DNA from: Yuukianura sp. NJ FZ-2021
Taxonomy: Eukaryota
Length of the DNA stretch: 64,000 nucleotides
Reading direction: 5' to 3'
NCBI GenBank assembly: GCA_046563655.1
Contig: CM102283.1
Coordinates: forward strand, 7,502,001-7,566,000
Part shown: positions 23,812 to 36,900 of the stretch, piece by piece
Numbering within the stretch: position 1 is the first letter of the stretch
How the letters are laid out: the number at the start of each line of letters is the position of its first letter
Notes under the pieces: generated by a model
What the model was told of the DNA's origin: nothing
What the model saw: the letters and a program-made list of their open reading frames with translations, nothing else
The model's database searches: none
Translations under genes and position numbers: made by a program

Positions 23812-26163
23812 CATTGAACAATAGGACCACCGAATTTAAAGGTGCGATGATGGCAAGCCGTTCTCTACAAATATGTCATGTCACTGTGTTCTGCTTGAAC
23901 ATTTTTTTTGTTTAAAAAAAAGGATTTGCTGAAAATCTGAAAACTTATTTTATCTTCAAAAATAATGAAAATTTGGCGTTTTTCCTATAATTTTGCCAAT
24001 TTCTTAGTAGGTTTCGTTTAAAACAAGGTTTGCCCCTTGTTTTATACAGACAAGAAAACAGGAATACCCTGGTTGCCAGTTGCCACTATAGGTTAAGTTA
24101 CAGTGGCTACTTAAGTTGGCAGCGGCACTAACAATGGAGGTCTACACTGTTTGGTTACAATTGCGGTCGCTAATGCTTTAGGTGACCTACTTTGGGCTAA
24201 ATCAAAAGAAAGAGCCGCAAACGCACAAGGACAATGCACAAAAAATTGGCATGAAAATGGCATACATTGAAATTGCACAAGAGACCGGCGATCCATGCTC
24301 TTTCAGCCTGAATTTCCATTTCTACACAAAAGTTTATTCATTCCATTCGATCTTGAAATCTTTTCTCTTAAGTTTAACGTTGACTCAGAGTCATGCAGTC
24401 TGATTCAGGTCATTCGTCTCTATCTGTTTTTTTTAAATAATAAAACGTCGAGAACAAACTAACAAACAACCTGATACGGACAGACATAAACAAAAAACGT
24501 TGAAAAACTTCGGATGTGCAATTTGGGAAGTCACCGTCACCACAAATGATGATTCAGTTTTTACAAAGATTAGGATTTGATCTGAAAACAAATACAAACA
24601 CAAGTAATTGCATTGAAGTGCAAAAGAGTTATATGCATAATGAAATACAATGCTAAGGAAATGTGGGACGCCATGCTCTGGATATCCAATTTCACAATTT
24701 CGAGACTTTTTATGCGGTTGAATTTTGGCGAAAAGTGGAGCAATGCAGAATTTTGGAAGAATAGAGAAAAAGGAATGATTTTTTAAGAATTTAAGTCTCT
24801 AGAAATACCCACACGAGAGAGGTCAAAAGTTGACCTTCAAAAAGTCATTGACCTTCAAAGCCTATTACTTTGCAAAATCAAAAAGTGACGTTTTAACATT
24901 ACTTAAAGTAGTTTGGCAGTAAAAGTCACAAGGTCATTTTTGCAAATTTGAACAGACGAGCTGAGCTGCTGTGGATTACATTTTACATTGCAGACTGCAA
25001 TTTGCCGTGATGCATCTCTGACTCATTTCGAATGTGGAGTTTAATGTTTTGTATTCATAAATTAGCACTTTAAGTAGTAGGCAATATGCATGACCATTGC
25101 ATTGACCGCTTGAGATCCACATTCTAACAAAATGAACGACCATTGACCTCTTCAAATGCACAGACAAAATTCACGACCACGATTCGCATTATGAAGCTCA
25201 AAATTTATGGATTACGGAAACATTGCAGGATTTCATGATCATTTTTTCTTTTTTTAAGAATAACGGGAACTTCTGGTCATCGAGACCAAAAGTTGCTCAG
25301 ATTTAAAGGTCAAGGTCAACCATAAATTTCCCTCACTTTTTAACATTTCTCTCATCAAATCACGAACTTCCACCTCCAAAGGTCATTCATGTCTATGTTA
25401 TTGCATTCCACGATGTTTGTTAACTCTACGCCAACTCTTGTCTGACCTTCCGATCACTCAAAACAGTGAGAGTCTCATAACGGAAATTGCAATTTACAAA
25501 AAGAAAAAAAAATACTTCCTTTCGCACACAGGAATGAATAAGGAGACATTTGCAATTTTCCAAAAACAAAAAATACAACTTTAATAAACTTTAAGTTTAA
25601 GTTTGATGAACTGAAGATTTGCAATTGCACAGGAGAAGATCCGGTGCAGAGTTCGACGACTCATCTTCTTTTTACTTTAATTTCACTCCATTCCATCTTC
25701 AATTTCCTTTGGAACAGTTACATTTTACTTTGATTTCCGGTTGTGCACTCCCTAAATCTTAAATTGACATGGACAATTACTGTAACATTATCCTACCATA
25801 CCCTATTCTTGTCAATTACATATCCACTCCGGATATTAAACAATTCCATTTTGAAAATTGAAACCAGTTTGCAATTTTTTGATAACATGGTTTTTATGCA
25901 ACAAAGCATAGGGTATGGGTGTTATGAACTGCATTTCCTCCGTATGTCATGACAATGTCATCCCGTTTTTCCTGAAAGGTCATTGACCCTTCTGCTCTGT
26001 CTTTCCACATTTCAAGGAACGCAGCGTTTCTGTGGCGATTTTGAAATATTGCGTCAATATGTAACTTTCCAAACTTGAATTTTCAAAAAATGATTTTTTT
26101 AAAATTGAACTTGGAGTTGTAAAGTTACGTTTTGGGATACTAAAAAAACAAGAGCCCTTCGTC

Positions 26164-26907
26164 ATGGCTTGGTTGGGAGTGATGAAGGAAGGGCTCCTGC
26201 GCGGAGCCACCGTGGGAATGTCGCTGCTGATTGTCCAGGAGTATGTGGGCGGAGTCGTCAGTGTAATTAGCACACAATTTACAATTAGTTAAATTAACAA
26301 TAACTTTTCTAAAAATCCGAAAGTTTAGTATTTGGCACCTCGTTTAAAACGTTTTTATGAACCTATAGTGTCATGGACCCAGCATGAGACCAACAATCCA
26401 CACCAATGACATTTTGATCACAGACCACATTTCACCACGACTGGGACGCGTCAAGCGCGGAGACGTCGTCATTGGTTCATTCCAAAAAAGCTTAACTGTT
26501 AAAATCAACTTGAAAAGTTTTGTTAAGTAATTGGCCTAATTTCGTAGCACGATCACCCGAAAACTACCAATGCATCTGTAAACGAATTGTTGCTGAGCCA
26601 GGAGACATTGTCAACTACAAAGGACAACCAATTGTGGTATTACAAAAGGAGTTGACTGATTTCTAAGTTAATCGATTAGTGCTCTACTTAATCAACTGAA
26701 TAGATTCCCAAGGGATACGTTTGGCTCGAAGGTGACAACAAAGCCAATTCTCACGACTCCCGTGACTGGGGCCCACTTCCAGTGTCACTTCTACGTCGCA
26801 AATGCTACATGAAAATTTGGCCACACTTTGACATGACACTTGGAAAAGACGGGAAGATTTACGCTGCAGCGGCAGTGGAAGGTCAAGAGTCAAATTCTAA
26901 CCAGTAA
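26164..26907 (+). CDS. IMMP1L: Mitochondrial inner membrane peptidase subunit 1 (S26 family)
   Basis: Four short exons absent from the ORF track: CHGPSMRPT (catalytic Ser), RGDVVIARSP, ICKRIVA (catalytic Lys), [30 protein letters not shown]. Confidence 0.92.
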
Positions 26908-27640
26908 TCGATTAATGGATGCGACAAACTTCAAATTATCTCAATCAAATGTCTATTTTCTGTTTTATAACCAACCGTATCTCGAGTTAATCCTACGTAC
27001 AACAAGTAAAAGTACAAGTAAATTGACGTATATTTAATTTATTAAGTTAATTAATTTAAATATAATGCGTCAAAATCGTGAAGTAATGCAAATTTTTGAA
27101 ATTCCGAATAGTATATTTAGCGTCATTTGAAATTTTTTGGAGCACAAGCGCCGCCCTCTAGTGGTTGCTGGTTTATTGAAACACGGCGGGAATTTTTTTG
27201 GTTGTTGTTGACAGTTGGACATTTTCATTTTTTTCATTCATTTTATTGTTGTTTTTTTTTTAGTTTTTAGTAAAAAAAAAAAGATTATCAATTTCCTTCC
27301 GGTCGTCCTTGTCGCTCATCATCTCAGGTCAGGTCAATGAGTGTGACGACGACGTGCTTTACCTCCGACCTTTAATCGTTCAACACAGTCACAACAAGTT
27401 TCCATTCCCGTAAAGCCTGTATTTTCTAATACTGCTATTCTGGGTAGCTGGTCCGACCAAAACAGTGTCGAAGAAGGAGGAAGGAGACCGACAATCGCCA
27501 GCTTTGACTTGAGTTGAACAGTACCACAGGTAATCCAACCGTAATTTTTTGATGTTTCGCCTTGAATCCGATAATTGACACAGTTCGTTTTGCAGTGACC
27601 CAAGGGAGGGCATCTGTCAATCGAAGACAACGTTTTAACA

Positions 27641-29046
27641 ATGAAGGTCAAGGCGAAGAGTCAGGCCGGAACCGCTTCCCATGGCAAATGTACCAGGGTG
27701 CTGAGAGGGAGGGTTGTAAAGAACACCGCTGGAAGTCCAAAAGAAAATATACCACCAGCAACACGGAAGGCAGTCGGAAAAGCGAAGAACAATCGGAAGA
27801 AGACTGCATCGGGACCGAAATCAGACAAACCACTGTCCAGAAAAGATTTCAAAGATCTCGTGGAACTGGCTCGTGGCGGATTCGCCATTGTCTACCGTGC
27901 TTTCATGCCGTCTCGTGACCAGCAATGTGTTCTCAAGTTCCTGCACCATGCAAAACTTCGAAAAATGAATGTAAAGGTAGAAGACGTCGGTCTTGAGCGC
28001 TCCTTGTTTCAGCGTATGGATCATCCTAACATTCCCAAACTTCTTGGATTCTACCAGACTCCGACTACTTCTGTATTCGCCTTGGAGTTTTGTGATAAAG
28101 GGGATTTGTACGACTACATTCATCGCAATGCCATTCCGGGATCTGGAACTCGACCTTTTCCACGTACGAATGTCAGGTACTACGATAAAGACATCCTGAA
28201 CTCCTACTGACACTGCTTAGGAAATCAATGTTGAAGTTGAAACCTAACGATTGATTTGTTTACAATGCGTTTACAGGAGCCAGTCATACACTCGACAGCT
28301 TGTTACCGCCATCGACTACTTCCAGCGCACCACGAAACACATTCACATGGATGTAAAGCCTGAAAATGTTCTCGTGACCTCAAAGGATACAGTCAAGTTG
28401 ACCGATTTTGGATGCTGCATTCCAATGACATCTCCACGTCAAATTCATGTGAAGCACAACGGTGGAACCAAACCTTATCGTCCACCAGAATTGATTCGTA
28501 CAGCTAATCGTCAATTTGACTCTACCGTAAGTCCTAGAAACAGCATGTAACAATTTACTAGTTTTAATGGGTTTCGACCTGCCGTGTTTACACTTTGAGC
28601 TGGACACAAATCCCTGAAAATGCTTCTGCTTCATCTTTGTATTATGTACGACGTAGGCTGACGTATGGGGCATCGGATGTGTTGCATTTCAAATGGTGGC
28701 TGAACAAGGAGAACACCCATTCTTTTCCAAACACCCAACGACTGGCGTTTACGTTATCAACGTACCCGGCGCTCTAGAAGCCATGAATAACTTCAAAAAT
28801 GGGATCTGCTCTGTTGGCAATTTCAACCAAATGCCAGACAATTTTAAGACTTTTCTTCGCCAGGTAAGTAAATTAGACTCAAAACGCTCAATCGTTTGTC
28901 AAACTATTGTCATTCCTAAATTTCTCACCATTTTCTTGTCATCATCATCACAGACAATTGGAGCGGATCGAGAGCAGCGTCCGTTGGTGTCGAGACTCCT
29001 TGAGACTGCTTACTTAACCAACACCGCTCGCGTCTTTACCAACTAA
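27641..29046 (+). CDS. Divergent Ser/Thr kinase (Aurora/PLK-like), non-RD
   Basis: Exons ~27641-28176, 28278-28526, 28657-28863 and 28933-29046. Motifs LARGGFAIV, VLK, HPNI, HMDVKPEN, DFG, GTKPYRPPE, ADVWGIG and QRP; basic N-terminal tail. Confidence 0.85.
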
Positions 29047-30688
29047 ACATTTTCAACAATTCGCATCATCTTAGCTAGTCATTTCACGTCGTCACCAGTC
29101 ACAACCGAATGCTTTTCAACCTTTACCACAGAAGATGGATGAGAGGTTTGCTCCAAATTGCTTATGCAAAAGTCAAACGTTAAAACGTTTGAAATTCGTA
29201 TTTTCTTCGTTCCAAAAAAATACCAAAGGTACTATACAAGGACCCAGGTCAGTTTATACATAAAAATTTATAAAAAATGCCTCGCATAGTTTCAAAATAG
29301 AATTAAAAAGCGCAAGTTATCGTATCATAATTCTGAAAACTTAGGTAAGTTTTGTGCGTTAACGCAAAGTGTTTTTGTGCTAGTCAATTTCGGTGGTTTA
29401 CGTTAAAACTTCCCCGAATTAATCACGTGTTATGTGAAATTATGAAACACATTATGTACAAAACAAATTATTATTTTATAGGTTTTGCAACTTAAAAAAC
29501 TTTTTATCTTAGAAATTTCTGCATGTTCGTTTAGTACTTCTGGCAATTTCTGTAGGTTTCTTTAGTATTTCTGAGTGTTACCAAAATTATTATCCAAATT
29601 CCATTTAAATGTATATTTTTAGTTTTTCTATACAAAGAAATGGCCCTATTTTTGAAATTATATCAATATTAAAATTACACCAATAAGTCAAATGCTAAAC
29701 AAAGAAGCCACAACTACAAATCTTGGCGGGTGATCTTATTTCATTTTGAATTTACAAAAGGAATGTTGTTGACAACGACACGACATGATGACAGTCGCCT
29801 CAATTTTTGTTCTATTTGCTCCACTTCTCCATTGTTCCATTGTTGTAAAAAACCTCTTGATGATCGTGTTACCTCTCCTTTGTGCTCATTTTTTTGCAAA
29901 GATGAGGAAGAAGATTTAAAATTTGGATCTCACCTTGAGCGTCCGGGTTTTTAGCGGGAAAAAGTTCCGTTGTTGGTACGTTTTGAGTTGAATTAGAAGT
30001 GTTAATTAATCATGAGCACTGAATAGCCCCCTGTCCTTATGTTCCAAGTAATACAAAAGTGCAGTAGTTCACTACTGTTCTTAATTTGTCATGCCTCGTT
30101 GGTTTGGATACATTCCTTTACGTACTTTGCCATTTGTGTGTTTACGTTTTAATAACTATACTGTAACAGGGTGAAATTATGTAATAATTTCTAGGAAGTC
30201 TGCAGGGTGAGATCAGTAATTAAAAAGATGTGGGATTCTCCGTTTTTTTTTACTAAAAAGATCTCTACGGTCATAAAATTTGGACCAAAAATACTATGAT
30301 TAGTGCAAAAATTCCACAGGATTTACAGTAGTAAGGATAAGGTTGTATGCGCAGACGCAGAGAGGAGGTCAAACAGCCATAGTGAGACTAAAACGGGAAG
30401 TGATTTCATGATTTCAAAATTTTCAACTAAACTAATTCTATGTTACAAAAATTACGGTTGGTCAGTTTTTGGCTTACAGCATTCCTTTTTGTAAGTTTTT
30501 TTAAGTGTAAAGCCGTAAATAAAAATTCAGGCGTGCATGACCTCTAAGGTCATTTAGATGAATCAACAACTCTAAAACAGCAATTTAGAATTTACTGCTA
30601 TCTTTTAAAATGTAAACACCCTAAGTGAACAATGTTTTCAAAAATCAAAAAATTTCAGCATTTTTGTTGGGATTTTTTATTTAAAAAT

Positions 30689-32301
30689 TTAGCTTGGTGA
30701 CGCTGATTCACTGAAAACACAAGGTTCACTTGCGGTACCGGCATGCTGCAGGATCCAGTTACTCAATGCGCCGACATTGGTGTACAACGACGGTATGTTA
30801 GGCTGGGCACACCTAAATGCAAGGTCCGTAAACAAAAAGAAAACCTTTCCTACACCAGGTTGTCCAATAACTCCAAGTTTGTTTGCAAATAGCAAATCTG
30901 AGTTTTCTATGGTAATCTTTTGTATGCAATCTAAATGGAATTCTATAAATTGTAAATTGATGCTAAAAGTTGTTGGAAGTAATATTTTAAAAACCCTGAG
31001 TTATTGGACAACCTGTTGTAGGAAATAAAATCCGATTGTCAAGGAACCTTGCCTAAATGTTAGATTAACATTAGTGATTAATATTTAGTTAACATTATTA
31101 ATTATTTTAACTAAACAAAGTTACCCGATTCCTGTTGAAATGATGCCACACAGAAATCTTGTTTCGTCAACCGGGTCAACACAGGTCAACGGTCCTCCTG
31201 GAAATAAAGTCTTTGTTCAACCAATCGGAGAATTTCTGACGTTTTTCCCTAAATTTCTGACATGTTGAAGCTGAAGTGCTTACCACTGTCACCCTGACAA
31301 GCATCGACTGCTTCATCTTTCAAGCCAGCACACAGCACAGTATCATGATTGACAATATTGGCGGCAAATAGGTCATTCAAGTTAACGAACCTCAACATGC
31401 ACTTGTTCCTTGAAATTATCCGAAGTGTAGCACTTTTCAGCGTTTTAGAGTAATGTTCAAACCGAATTTGCTCCTTGTTGCTTTTTCTGGCAAGAGTGTA
31501 CCCCCAGCCACTTATGTTGACAGATTCTGTTACATTTTTTAAATCTTAGTCAAAATCGTTTTTAAATGTTTTTTTTTTAATTTTTGAAAATACCGCCATC
31601 GCCTGGTGTGAAGCCTTGTGCTGGAATTGGTATCGGTTGGACATGGGGATTGAAACAGAGTGGTTCTTTGAGTATGACGAGTGCAATGTCAAACTGAGTT
31701 GGCGTCGTGAAGCTGAAATCATCGGGCATAATAACTTCCTTGACAGTGCGAAGTTGCTCAAACTGTTCACTGGCGTCAAGCGCTGACTTTCCAGCGACAA
31801 CTAAAAATTCGTTGGACGGAACTACTTGGCCGTTCTCAAAAAAGCAGTGAGCTGCTGTTATGATTGTGTCTTTCCGGTAGATGGAGCCACCGCAAACCAG
31901 ACCGAAGTTCTTGAGCATGAGACCCACTTGGTAAGGCATGTTTCCGCGAGCTTCAAGAATTCCACCGACGACGCGTCCAACTTGCTTTTCCGGTATGGAA
32001 ATACTTCGGGACGGGATTCCTGAAAAATTTAAGTTAGCAAAAATTATTTAGGATTAATTCTAAAAAAAAATCAAATTTTCAACAACAACTTAATCTTACC
32101 GCGGAGTTTTCGAAAAGCGGGATTGAAAGGCATCGTGTAGATTTCACCATTGGGGAGAAGCATTTCAAATTTTTTGAATTGTACATCGTCTGCTGGGAAT
32201 TCTGCAACCTGATTGCGCAAAGTGACATTTTCAGAACTTTCAGTTTGTGAAACAATTAATTTCGGCAGGACTGTACAGACAACTATCAAGTAGTAAATCA
32301 T
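30689..32301 (-). CDS. Secreted trypsin-like serine protease (paralog 1)
   Basis: Signal peptide, R|VVGG activation site, TAAHC, DIAL, DACQGDSGGP. Confidence 0.92.
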
Positions 32302-32523
32302 GTTTCCATTTCAATTTAGAAAAAAAAAGTAATTTCAAAAACAAAAAAAAATTGAAAATGTTTGTTTATGGATTATGGAATCAACCTCCTTTATGGCATC
32401 GTTGGTAACTTGGACACCGTATTAGTTAATTTTCAACTCGGAAATCTTGGAAAATGTGAATCAGATGAGAAATTATTTTCATTTGTGTTGAGATTTATTT
32501 AAATTGAAAATTATTTCATGTTT

Positions 32524-33936
32524 TCAGTGTTTTGGCGTAGTCGTGTTACTGGAACTGGCTACACACGATTCGCCTGGCGTTCCAGCCTTTTGGATTATCC
32601 AGTCATGGAATACTGCAATATTAACGTATAACGACGGTATGTTTGGCAATGCACATCTAGGGAGGTTTAAAATTTCAAAAGTCATGGTAGTCACAGGTCA
32701 TTACGAAATTTTGAAAATTCAAATTTAAAAAAATATACCCGACTCCGGTGGAAATGATACCGCACAGAAACACTTTGTTTTTGTTGTCGAGACAAGCAAG
32801 TGGCCCTCCTGGAAATAAAATTTATTAGTGAATCTAGATTTCCAATATTTTTCTGAAAATTTTGATTAGTTGAATGTTTCTGTTTTACCGCTGTCTCCCT
32901 GACAAGCATCCACCATTTCATCTTGTAGACCAGCACAGAGGATAGTTTCATGAGCTACAGTATCCGTACTTGCTTTATCTCCCATAGCCGCATACGTTCT
33001 TACGCACTTGTCCCTTAACATAATCTGGAGTGTAGCGCTTTTCAGTGTTTTAGAGTAGTTTTCCATGTCGAGAGCGTCTGAATTTGTTCTAGAAACTGTG
33101 TAGCCCCAGCCACTGACTTTGGCAGGTTCTGTCGCAGGACAAAAACAGGAAAAAATTAAATGAAATAAGTTTTTTGAAAAAATGTCATAAGATTTTGGAA
33201 TTTCCAACCTTGGTCACGTGGTATGAACCCCTTTTCTGCAATTGGTATTGGCTGAATATGGGGATTGAAGCAAAGTGGTTCCTTGAGTATCATGAGCGCA
33301 ATGTCATACAGCCCTGCTTTACCACTCACGTATTTTGCATGGACAATAACTTTCTCGACAGTACGCAATTGTTCGAATTCTTCAGTTTCGAGAAGCGACG
33401 TCGTTCCAGCGACGACTAAATAGTCGCTGGCTGAACTGAGAACGCCGTCGTCAAAGAAGCAGTGAGCTGCTGTGATGATTGTGTCGTTTCGGTAGATGGA
33501 GCCACCGCAAGCCAAACCGAAGCCTTTGAACATGATGGCCACTTGGTACGGCAGTGCTCCTGGATCTTCTTCTTTACCGCCCACAACTCGACCAAATTTA
33601 GTTCCGCCTGAAACTGAGGCATTTCGAAACCGAATTCCTGAAAAAATGGACCGAGTAAATAAATTTTTATGAGCTAAAACTTTATTGAACTAAATTTTGA
33701 ATTTCGTTTTTAGATTGTTCAAATTTACCGCGAAGTTTTCGACGAGCGGGATTGAAAGGCATTGTGTACACTTGACCATTTGGTAGAAGCATTTCAAATT
33801 CAGGAGCTACGAATTTTGGAGTTGCAGGGCCGAAAGCTACACTGTCGTCAAAACCTTCGTCATTTTGAAATTTTTCAGTTTGTGCAATATTTAATTTTGG
33901 CAGTAGGGTACAGAGAATGATAAAGTAGAAAATCAT
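32524..33936 (-). CDS. Secreted trypsin-like serine protease (paralog 2, tandem duplicate)
   Basis: Same exon structure as paralog 1; R|VVGG, TAAHC, DIAL, DACQGDSGGP. Stop at 32526-32524. Confidence 0.92.
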
Positions 33937-36900
33937 GTTTCTGTTTTTGATTTTAGTGAAAAAATGAATTTGAAAGTGATTTCCAAAATTTTAAATTGAA
34001 TAAGATGTATGTTGATGAAATTGAACGCTCAACAAAATTTTGGTGCCGTTGGTAGCTTAGACACCAAACAAATTTCGAAAAAAAAAAATTCTTTTCATTT
34101 CTTTTTTTTTAAATGTTTGTTTTGCAACGAGTGGATTAACACGGAAGCATCTCCTTGCGTAAAAACTTTTTTTTGTTGTATTTTTTGTTTTAGAAAATTA
34201 GCAATAAAAAAATGCATTAGTTGTTCATCGAACGCAATGAAATGGTTTGAAGATTCTTGTCCTGTTATTTTCTCTTTGCCGCAATACTTACCTTCTTCCT
34301 TCCGTATACTAGAAATTTTTTTATGAAAATCCAATATTTTGTGTTCACTTTTTGTCAAAATTTCAAATTTTGCATTTATTTTTTCAGTTCCAAAAGTGAA
34401 GATCCGCAACAGAAGTTTATAGCCAGCAGGAAGGAATTTAATAATTTTAAGTGAATCCTCCGCCAGCACAAGGCATTAATAAAGATTTTGCGAAACTTGC
34501 GGTTTTTTGCCAGGTTCTTAACTGTTCAGAAGGATTTGAACCGGAACAGCACAGATGAATCCACATATGCCTCTCCGTAACATCTCAAAACTGTTACATC
34601 TCGGAAGATCTTTGCACAAGAGACATCAGATGAGGAAGAAGATGCACCTTAAGGAGATCCATGCAGATTAGGATCTCATTCCAATTATTTAACATTAGCC
34701 AGTTTAATTCATAGCCAACTCCCACGCATCATCATGGTGCATCAACAGCATCTTCATTCCTTGCATCTTCTTGATCCTTAAACCTTACGGTTTCATGCAC
34801 GTAAGTACGTATTTTGCATTTTCATAAAATAAAATCAGCAGAATCTTTAAAATCTCAGACTCAAAATTGGAATTACTCGCAATTTCACAGAGTTTGACTG
34901 TAAAAGTTTCAACTTTTTAATTGGAATTTGGTAATGCCAGGGTTAGATTAGGGCTTGCAGCGTGACTGTTTCGAAACTGGATTTTGACATTTTTTTTTTC
35001 AAAAACTTTACAAAAACAACTTTAATCAAAAACAAAAACTCTAAATTTTTTGCAACTACGACTCAGTTTCCAACTTCGAAGTCTTGTTCTGCGCTGCCAT
35101 GTTGGAAATAAAGGGTGGAAAACGGAAAAATGAAAATATAAAAATGAAAAACCGAAATTTTTTGAGATTTTTGGAGGAAACAATGTCGTTGTGGAACGTT
35201 TCCGCCCATTTGAAGTAACTGTACAAGTTCAATTCATAGTTTGAAGAGAGTCCTTTTGTCAATTACTGTTCTCATCATTTCCAAACCAAGATTTTTGTTA
35301 ATATTCTTTATAAGTTCCAATTTGCACGTCTCACCTTTCCTACTACTAAAAGCAGTGCAGAATGTTGGCACAGCACTTACTGTTGGGGAAGTTTTTTAAC
35401 AAAATTCTGGGGTTGAAGTTAAAGGGGGATGAAATTTCGAAGGAGACGTTGGCCTGTTCCTCCCCTTGCTCTGTTGCTTCCGATGATATAATTCCTTGAC
35501 ACTGAACTTCAATCTGCTCAGTCGTCTGCCAACCTTCAAATCTCCCGCTAAAACGCCCAAAGTCAGTCTGTGACAAAAGTGGAATGAAGCCAAACAACAG
35601 TTAAAAGCAAATTCTACAAACAAAAATTCCAAATTTTTTGAGGGTTTTTGCCATCAAAAGCAACAGTATTTACTTTTCGTTCCGGAAACAGTTGGACGCC
35701 CAAATTCGTCAATTTTCCTCCTCTTTCAAAAATTTCTTGCAGCACCATCACCATCGTCGACATTTTTTTTGGCAGCACCGTTAAAATTTTCTGACAGAAG
35801 TTTGAATTTAACAAAAACTAAGTTCGCAGTGCAAGGTAAGCGAATGACCCCTTGTATATTTTCTTTTTGTTTTACGATTTATGTCTTAATTGTTTGAAGA
35901 AAAAAAAATTTTTCACTTCTTGCAAACTTTTTTGAAAAGTCTCTCATTACGGCAGCAAAATTGTAAGGAATTAAACGCCATTTGCCAATGAAATGTGTAG
36001 TAATAAAACTAAAATTTTTGGCAGAAAAATAGTAGTTAAACGGCACTTGAGGCTGTTTGCTGCTTTTGGTAATTACAGGGAAAGCAAAATAATAAGTAGC
36101 AATACAGAAATGGAGAGGAAAGACATATCCAATTGCAGCAAAAATTGCAATTTTTTTGCATACTTGCGAAAAAGTTGTAACAATTCACAAAACGTGCAAA
36201 AATTTCCGGAACATAACAATTTTCATTCCAAAGGATAAGGTCAAGGACTTGCATTTTTAGTTTTATTTTTTTTTTCATAAAAAGTCAGAGGTCACTGAAA
36301 TGTTGATTTAGTATTTCAAGTTATGATTTGTTACCAAAAGGCGTTGATCTGAAGATCAACTTTCAACATTTTAGCACCATTTTCAAAAAAATGGCTGCAA
36401 GCTTTCATGTTTAAAAAAGTAATTGGAGTCCATTAGGAACGATTAATCACGTCTGCGCATAACACCTTTCTGCTTGTCCCCGGAAGGCTTCGACGATCCA
36501 TGCTGTGAAGAGGTTCAATTTGCGAAAAATATTTCTTCTCTGAGGAAACTTTTTGCAAAAATTTGCCCATCATATGCAAAAAAAAAAGTTGCAAATTACA
36601 ATCTTCGTGTTGTACTTAACGCCATCATGATATTTTTAAATTAACAATTCGCGCCAAGTCACAACACAACAATTCCAAAAGGCGGGGACAATTGACAGTG
36701 TAGTCAGAGCGGCATTTTTTCAAAATTGTGCAAAAAAAAAGTCTTGTGGTTTTCTGGATTCTCTTCCCTGACAAATCATCAATGCAAATTCTTGTTGTAG
36801 TGGACATGGACTTATTATTGGTCGCTTCACTGTTGCAACTTTTTTCACAATACTAACTCTTTTGTTCAATTTTGGAATGTTTGGCACTCAAATTTTTTCC

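Noticed and set aside
24100-25950. Possible gene or retroelement remnant (NAKEMWD-like peptide near 24650)
   Set aside because: I could not build a stop-free spliced frame, and the motif is too short to support a gag call.
30160-30625. Mariner-like MITE suggested by cagggtg/caccct ends
   Set aside because: Only 6-7 bp match and there is no convincing TIR pair or TSD.
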